A stretch of 64,000 nt of DNA from Chrysomallon squamiferum. Its lineage: Eukaryota; Animalia; Mollusca. Shown here in pieces: positions 55,980-64,000 of the stretch; position 1 is the stretch's first letter, and every line of letters starts with the position of its first letter. A model generated the notes under the pieces. It was not told the DNA's origin. It saw only the letters and a program-made list of their open reading frames with translations, and ran no database searches. A program made the position numbers and the translations under genes. Location of the stretch: the NCBI GenBank assembly GCA_012295275.1, contig CM022676.1:9734001-9798000 (forward strand), given 5' to 3'.

Positions 55980-57330
55980 TATTCTGTTATTCTGCAAGAA
56001 GTGATAACACCCACCCCCACACCACACCACACCACCCACAAGAGAATGTTAGACACTGTATTACTCCAGTAGGTGCTGCTTCCTGTGATGGGGGGTTGAT
56101 GGTGGAGGGGGAGGGGCAGAGCAGCTACTAGTTTAGTTGATTTGAGCTGTTTTTAGTTTTGGCAGCAAGTTTTTTAATTATGCAGCAAAAGAGTTGACGT
56201 CTGCTCTTTCATTTTTTTTCCTTCTTTTGAGTTTTCATTTCTTGACTTTGTTACGACTCTCACATCCTTTAATTTACTTTCTTTTACAGCTTTTTAATTA
56301 TTTTTATTTTTATTTTATAAATTTTAATTTTAATTTTTTTAATTTTGTTTTTATTATTTTTAATTTTTTTTTTTATTTCCTTTTATTTTATTTCTGTGAT
56401 GTATTTTACTTCTACTTTTCTGTTTTATTCCTTCATTTTTATTTTTTTTTATTTTTTTAAATTTTTGTTTCTTTAAATATATGTTTTGCTTTTTCTTTTT
56501 CATTTTCATTCTTTCATTCTTTGTTTTTACTTTTTTTACTTTATTATTTATCTTTTAGTCTTTAAAACTAACCCCCCTTTTTTGTCCTTCAATTTTTATT
56601 AATTTGTTTTAATATATTTTAATATTTTATTTCTTTTCTTTTTTCAATTCTTTTCTTTCTTTTTAATTTTCTTTTCTTTCTTTTTATTATTTTTTTTAAA
56701 ATTCTTCTTATTTGTTTCTGATTTTTTCTTAATGTTTCTTTTTTCTTTCTTATCTTTTTTCTTTTTCCTTTTTTTTTTCAGTACTTTTTTCTTTTATTTC
56801 TTCATAACGTGCAGAAAAATTGTAACCTGAAGCAAATATACCAGAACAACATGACACCATAAATTCTTTTTATTTTCTTTTTTTTTTTTACTATTCAGAA
56901 AAATATCTTAATAGTCCTTCCACATGCACTTTTTCAAAAACAACTTGATTGAAAAAAAAATAAAAAAATAAAAATAAAAATAAAAAAATAAAGAAACAAA
57001 GAAACAAATCTTGTTTGCTTTCAAAGATCATCTTTTGAAGAAAAAAAAAAAAGATTTTTTTTTTAAAAAGTAATAATAATGACATGTGACTGTAACCATG
57101 GTTACAACTCTACCCCTGGGGAGTGATGTTTATAAAGACTATTTGAAAATTATGGATGAAATAAATTTCAGTTTATAAAGAAAAAGAAAACAGTAATAAG
57201 GGTTTTCAGGTGTAACTGATTATTGTGATTAAAAAATGTTTTATCTATTATAACATTATTAAAAAAAGAATTATTTCTGCAGTAACCTACAATATAAAGA
57301 AAAAATAAAATAGAAAAAGGGATTATTGTG

Positions 57331-57372
<42 letters not shown>

Positions 57373-57801
57373 TGGAGGGAGAGAGAGATGACTTACGAAA
57401 TAAATGAAAAGAAAAATAAAGTTGGATTGGAAGTACACTGGCATATAAAATTAAATGAGTAATTTTTAAAATACTTGTGTCATCTTTGTTTTTTTATATA
57501 TATAAAGTATATCAAAATAAAAAACTTATTTATGGAATAAGTTTCAAACATAAATAAAACTAAAACTGGAATAGATAAACACTGGCATGTGTAAGTATTC
57601 TGATAATTCAAAACAATTTTTTTTTTATTTATTTTTTTTTTTTCTTCTAAATCTTACATTGCTAACTGTAGGTTATTCATGCAAATGAATTAATATAAAA
57701 TAAATAAAATCTCAAGATAAAGAAAAAAAAACAAAAAAAAAAAATTATTTATACTTAAATCGCAATTAATATCTTTCTGCTTCACAAATAATTTATATTA
57801 A

Positions 57802-57839
<38 letters not shown>

Positions 57840-58173
57840 TCTTCAACACCAACTGTTCAGGCATGAATTGCATTTAACCTGATTTTGTTCTTGTTTTCTT
57901 CTTCGTAATCCTAATCAATGTGGTCTTTTATATTTTTTTTTTTTTATATTATTTTTTTTTTTGTTATTCCTGGATGTCATTTTTCTGTTTGTTTCAGAGC
58001 TGAGTACTTAATGTAGTCGTAAAAGCATTGAGGAGATTTCGCTGTAACAAGAAAATCGTTAACCTGAGCAGAAAACATCTAGTTAAGAGATTATTTTGAT
58101 TCGCTGATAGATGAGTTGGTGCAAATGTCAACGTGTTGGCTACAAATTATCTTTAATTCATTCTGTGTGTGTC

Positions 58174-58256
<83 letters not shown>

Positions 58257-58330
58257 ATGAGTGTGTGTATTACATATATATGTATCTGTGCTTATGCATA
58301 TGTATCTATGTTTTTATGTCTGTGTATGTA

Positions 58331-58418
<88 letters not shown>

Positions 58419-58660
58419 GCACACACACAGAATGTGAACATCTTTCTCTTTATCTAATCAAACATCTGCTACCTATCTGTATAGCTTTCTCTGACCTAAA
58501 TACCTGTGTATATAGATGTATGTATGTATGTATGTATGTCTATTCATCTTTATATTTATATGTGTCTTTTTTCCATTACCTATAAATCTGTATCTTATCT
58601 ATCAATCAGTCAATCTTTCTTCACACACACACACACAGAGATACATACACACACACACAG

Positions 58661-58740
<80 letters not shown>

Positions 58741-58758
58741 ACACACACACACACAGAT

Positions 58759-58889
<131 letters not shown>

Positions 58890-59146
58890 TTTTCTGCCCA
58901 TCTATTGATTAATCTGCTGACTTGTTTATCAAGAAATCTCCATCCGTCATTGATTGGTTACAAATATTGATAATTCTTAAACCATGTTTTAGTTCAGTTA
59001 AATACAACTATATACATGCTAATTGATTGTGTGTGTGTGTGTGTGTGTGTGTGTTGTGTTTGTCTAAAGTACAGGTTAAGTAGAATAACAAATCTTGATA
59101 ACGTTAGTACATCTGAAGTACCGTTAAGTACTGTAATAGTATTAAC

Positions 59147-59585
59147 ATGTTGATAATTACAGTACATCTTAAACACATTCAAGTACTGTTGATAATTACA
59201 GTACATCTTAAACACATTCAAGTACTGTTGATAATTCCAGTACATTCAAGGACAGTTGATCATCTCGAAGTACATCTTAAACACATTCAAGTACAGTTGA
59301 TAATTACAGTACATCTTAAACACATTCAAGTACTGTTGATAATTCCAGTACATTCAAGTACTGTTGATAATTCCAGTACATTCAAGTACTGTTGATAATT
59401 CCAGTACATTCAAGTACTGTTGATAATTCCAGTACATTCAAGGACAGTTGATAATTACAGTACATCTTAAACACATTCAAGTACTGTTGATAATTCCAGT
59501 ACATTCAAGGACAGTTGATAATTCCAGTATATTCAAGTACTGTTGATAATTCCAGTACATTCAAGGACAGTTGATCATCTCGAAG
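59147..59585. repeat. Mixed 28 bp / 39 bp minisatellite (tgttgataattccagtacattcaagtac, with or without an 11 bp insert)
   Basis: Two interleaved unit lengths share a common core. Confidence 0.92.
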
Positions 59586-59830
59586 GACAACATTTATAAC
59601 TGCCGTTATTGAGGATGATGTTATTCTTCAGACAGTTAAGTTTATTTTAAATTAGAATTTTTTTTTTTTTTTCCTTTCTCCCTTTGGCTTCAGCTGACAA
59701 GAAATCTGCCCACTCATCATCCTAGCTAACATCACAGGTCATCAACAACAGGTTTGCATCTGTCCTCAGCTAATGAAAAAATATCACCCTTGGGGCAATT
59801 AAGGAGAGACGCAGGTTACACATACTACGC

Positions 59831-60188
59831 TAGCCAATATACTGCATGTTTTCTCTCTCTGGCTGTCTCTCTATCTGTCTATATCTATCTATCTATCTAT
59901 AGCCAATATACTGCATGTTTTCTCTCTCTGGCTGTCTCTCTATCTGTCTATATCTATCTATCTATCTATAGCCAATATACTGCATGTTTTCTCTCAGTCT
60001 CTATCTGTCTGTCTATATCTATCTATAGCCAATATACTGCATGTTTTCTCTCTCTGGCTCTCTATCTGTCTGTCTATATCTATATCTATCTATCTATCTA
60101 TCTATCTAGGCTCTAACTATCTCTGTCTGTCTATATCTGGCTCTAATCTATCTATCTATATATATATATATAGCCAATATAGTGCATG
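59831..60188. repeat. ~69 bp minisatellite (tagccaatatactgcatgttttctctctc...tatctatc)
   Basis: Copies start at 59831, 59900, 59969 and ~60026, with a remnant near 60171. Confidence 0.88.
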
Positions 60189-60209
60189 TGTGTGTGTGTG
60201 TGTGTGTGT

Positions 60210-60267
<58 letters not shown>

Positions 60268-60529
60268 ATATAGATAGATAGACACAGATAGAGATATGCA
60301 ATATGTTAGCTATCATATTTCCCATGAAATACTGTGGATAGGAATTACAAATTTGTCTTCTCCAACACAAAATTTTGGTCAGTAATGACCAGGAGAAATA
60401 TCTGGACATCAAAAAGTGACCAACTGATGACCATCAGTACATATAAGAATATGTAACAGATCTGGCTTTCTCAGTAACAGTAGACAATATTTACTGATTC
60501 AAAATGCCATGAAAATTTTAAAATAAAAT

Positions 60530-60685
60530 ATAAATGAAATGAAATAAAATTGGGGTAGATGAAATTAGAAAAGAACAGAAAAATTTGAATTTAAAAAAAA
60601 TAAAAATAAAAAAATAAAATGAAATAAAATTGGGTAGATGAAATTAGAAAAGAACAGAAAAATTTGAATTTAAAAAAAAAAAATT
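60530..60685. repeat. Direct duplication of ~80 bp
   Basis: aaatgaaataaaattgg(g)gtagatgaaattagaaaagaacagaaaaatttgaatttaaaa occurs twice. Confidence 0.85.
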
Positions 60686-61594
60686 AATAAATAAATAAAT
60701 AAAAATTAGGATATAACTGAATGAAATTTTAATGTTTTGATAGATTTACAAGGTGAATGAAATTTTTGTGATAGATCCAAAATTTTGAATGATACTAAAA
60801 AATAATTTAGAAAAATACTGGTTTAAAACATAAAATATATTTACCAGATGTAGATAATGAAGAGAAGAAGAAAGAACAAAAAAAATGTCCTTAATTCTAG
60901 ACAGATATGATGTGATTCCACCAAAACCACCACTTTGAACCAAAAATAGAAAACTGATTTGCTCTACCAGCAATTGACTGAGTAATTAGTGCGACCTACT
61001 TTTAAACTTTCAGAACATAGACTTGCTCAGGTCATTTTGAGGTGGTGCTAAATGGTTCGTTAGTGTCGAGTAGGTGATTGAAAATAAACGTTTTGAGTCT
61101 TGTGAAGATTTCGTTCATTTTTTTTCGCAGATTTGTGTTTGGAAAAGTTGTCTTGCAGATGGGTTTGTGTGTAAAAATGAGTGTAGCATTGTATTTAGTA
61201 GCTGTCTTGTAGATTTGAGATTTGAAATAGAAATAACAGATCTAAGTTTGTAAGAAAATTGTGATGATGATGATGATGATGATGATGATTTACTGATTGA
61301 TAAAGTATTTGGTAGATTAAAAGTCAGAGATAATGACTGAAGTGAAATACAGATCTTGTAAGAAGAAAATTATGAAAATGTTGATCATGATGATGATGAT
61401 TGTGTGTAGGTGCAAATGATGATGATGATGATTTGTATCACAGTGTATTTCATTAGGCTTAAAAGTAAAATATTACGAATCAGGATTTTCAATTTTTTCA
61501 TATTACACCAAATTTAGCAATCGAAAATATAAAAAGAATCTATCTTTGTATATAATTATTGGTTGTAGTGGTAGTTGCTGTTCACTCTAATAAA

Positions 61595-61890
61595 GGTAAT
61601 GATGATAATCATGTTTTATAATATCTCATGACGATGATGTTTTATATATCACAAAAATGATGATAATGATGATTGTTATCATTATGTTTTATTTATTCAA
61701 TGATGATGTTTTATTCATCACAGTAATGATGATGATGATTATAATGTTTTATTTTATTTAATGATGATGTTTTATTCATCTCACAGTAATGATGATGATG
61801 ATTATGATGTTTTATTTTATTTAATGATGATATTTTATTCATCTCACAGTAATGATGATGACAATGATGATGATGATGTTTTATTTTATG
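61595..61890. repeat. (GAT)n-containing ~60 bp degenerate repeat directly upstream of the NR acceptor
   Basis: gttttattcatc(tc)acagtaatgatgatga occurs three times. Confidence 0.8.
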
Positions 61891-61910
61891 ATTACACATT
61901 TAACTTCCAG

Positions 61911-62116
61911 GACGCGCCAGTGACAAAGATGGAAGATGACGTTGAGGCACTTCAAGTGATACATCCACAACAACATCGGACATGACAGTCACGTCGGCTA
62001 CTGTTGGCAAGAAAGATAAAATCTGTCTCGTGTGTGGGGATCGCGCCCTCGGCTACAACTTCAACGCTGTTTCCTGTGAATCTTGTAAAGCTTTCTTCCG
62101 AAGAAATGCTCATAAA
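61911..62116 (+). other. Full exon containing the NR zinc finger 1
   Basis: Acceptor TTTAACTTCCAG| at 61910 and donor GTGAGT at 62117-62122. GC and CpG content rise abruptly between these sites. The 5' part reads [12 protein letters not shown] in phase 0. Confidence 0.85.
61982..62116 (+). CDS. NR1J: Nuclear receptor NR1J/HR96-like, coding part of the exon with DNA-binding domain zinc finger 1 (gene continues beyond the window)
   Basis: Translates [45 protein letters not shown]. The C-x2-C-x13-C-x2-C finger with GYNFNA and P-box CESCKA is characteristic of NR1J (HR96/DAF-12/NHR-8). Ends at a phase-0 donor AAA|GTGAGT (62117). Not in the ORF track. Confidence 0.93.
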
Positions 62117-63429
62117 GTGAGTGAAATGTTTGTTGTTTTTTTTGACAAATGTGTTTAAATTTTAATTTTTAAATTTTTTTTTTTTTTTTTTTTATTTGAG
62201 GTTTTTAATGTTTGAAAAATGTATTAAAATGTTATTGATATTGTATTAAAGCATTCTTTGGAGGAAATGCTCATAAAAAAAAAAAAAAAAAAAAGAAAGT
62301 TAAATATATTAAAAAGAAATAAAATGATTTATTTTTTGAATTGAAGTTTTTAATGTTTGAAAAATGTATTAAAGTGATATCGAAAAAGCATTCTTCGGAA
62401 GAAATGCTGGGGAAAAAAAAGTTAAATGTATGCTTTTTTAAAATTATTGTTTTTGTTTAAATTTAAAAAAAAAGAAGGTTATGATGTAGAATGTATTTAT
62501 CTCAAGGAAGAATTTTGAAACAAAAAAAATTGTTAAATTTTTTGGGGCCATAGGTTTGTTAGAATTAATGAACATTAATGAATGAATGATTGAATAAATG
62601 AGTCAATGAAAGAATGAGAATGAATGATTGAATAAATGAATAAATAAAAGAATGAGTGGACGAATAAAAGAAAATGAAAAGGTAAATGAATGAATAAATG
62701 AATATGTAAATAATGAAAGAATGAAGATGTAAATAATGAAAGAATGAAAGAGTAAATTAAAAATAATAAATGTATAGTACATGAACGAATAAACCAAAAA
62801 ACACAATTTGTACAATTTTTTATCAATTGTCACATATGTTGTTCTTTTCTTCTTCAACATTCTTTTTTTCAAAGTTTAAACTTATCCTTGCTGCTCTTAT
62901 TCAACAGCAAGGGTTGTTTTAAATTAATAAATAATTATAATAATGAAAAATAAAAATATTGCCTTCAAAACATTACACAGAATTATCATTTAGTTGTTTT
63001 GCTTTTTATTAATTATTATTATGAGTAATTCATCAGTAGAGGTATTAAAACATATTTAGTCTGTTTGTATAAAAAAAAAGAAAATAATTTTTAACTATAA
63101 CACAAAGAATAAAGATGAATTTATTATCAAAGCAGAGATGTTTTTGTTTGTTTTTATAAGCAAAGAAAAACCCATAAATATAATTTTTCATTTTTTAATT
63201 TAATTATTGATTGATCGATTGACTGATTTTTATTTTATTTATTTAAAAAAAACACCAAGAAAAACAAAACGGAATAACAGAATTAATCAAAATGATTGGA
63301 TTTTTTAAAAATGTATTTATTTATTATTTTTTGTATCTTATTTTTTATCTGTACTTTATAAATGGGGTTGCATTACTTTAATATAATCTTGTTGGAATTA
63401 GGGGAAAAAAAAAAAAAAAAAAAAACACA

Positions 63430-64000
63430 TTATACCATCTTTCTAGAAATAATGAATACTGGTTTGAAATGGGAAAAAAAGGACAGAAAATACAATTTTT
63501 TCTAGCAACAGCAAAATCTAGTTAGAAAGGGAAAAAAAAGGTAGAAAGCATATCTTCCAAAAACTAAAACTTGTTGGAATGCTGAAAATGGAAAAGAAAA
63601 AAAAAGCTTATTGAATAAGTTATTCCTTATCTTTTATCAATCAGCACTGAACAGAAACATGCATACAATATAGATTGGAACTGGGGGAAAAATACAGTAA
63701 AAATTGTTCTGTTGTTTATATGCCAACAGTGAAATTTGGTTGGAAAGGGAAAAAAGGATGGGAAAAGTTTAAACTCCACCATTGATCTGCCATTAGTGAG
63801 TACTGGTTAGAATGGAAAAAACAACAGAAAATCACACATCCTACCATTATTGCTCCTATCACAAGTGAATAGGAATGTACATGCCATACTGTTTGGAATT
63901 GGTAAAAAAGACATTTATCTGCCAACAGGGAACTTTGGTTGGAATGGCTAAAAAAGAATGAAAGGAAAGCTTAAACCACCATTGAATTTGTACCATCAAT
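63430..64000. repeat. Degenerate tandem repeat (tggttggaatgg...aaaa)
   Basis: Recurrent motif, with a clear pair at ~63720-63790 and ~63920-63985. Confidence 0.55.

Noticed and set aside
60424-60445. CTGATGA as a hammerhead ribozyme core
   Set aside because: No stem II followed by GAAA. It is only a short hairpin.
61945-61947. Alternative acceptor TTGAG|GC that would put phase-1 leaders (e.g. MLCCCLIERVS, 52456-52489) in the DBD frame
   Set aside because: A GAG acceptor without a pyrimidine tract is very weak next to the strong site at 61910. It is not supportable without reads.

Overview
Very AT-rich, microsatellite-dense animal genomic DNA. It is probably a lophotrochozoan such as a mollusc, inferred from Meta-domain-like SINE remnants and an NR1J-type receptor. 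Only one host coding exon is well supported: 61911-62116 (+), encoding the first zinc finger of an NR1J/HR96-like nuclear receptor ([31 protein letters not shown]). Most of the window looks like that gene's upstream region and a ~51 kb first intron: a CpG-richer promoter-like zone at ~4.6-10.9 kb and a candidate first exon (MADKT|GTGAGT) ending at 10603. The intron holds a 2.8 kb Sola2-like DNA transposon with ~620 bp TIRs and a decayed transposase, a hAT MITE, SINE remnants and many minisatellites. A Tc1/mariner-type MITE and a Tigger fragment lie upstream of the candidate first exon. The main oddity is the reading frame of the receptor exon. The only frame open from the splice acceptor stops at a TGA overlapping the ATG of the DNA-binding-domain frame (ATGA), so there is either a 1-nt indel (assembly error or allele) or a stop-restart/uORF arrangement. 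Other leads are several candidate alternative first exons, a 2.85 kb sense-strand array of poly(A) signals, transposon-borne AGGTCA clusters, paired CTCF-like motifs and a possible recursive splice site. Nearly all ORFs in the supplied track are repeat artefacts. I found no rRNA, tRNA or CRISPR array. All family assignments come from motif recognition by eye, not from database searches.
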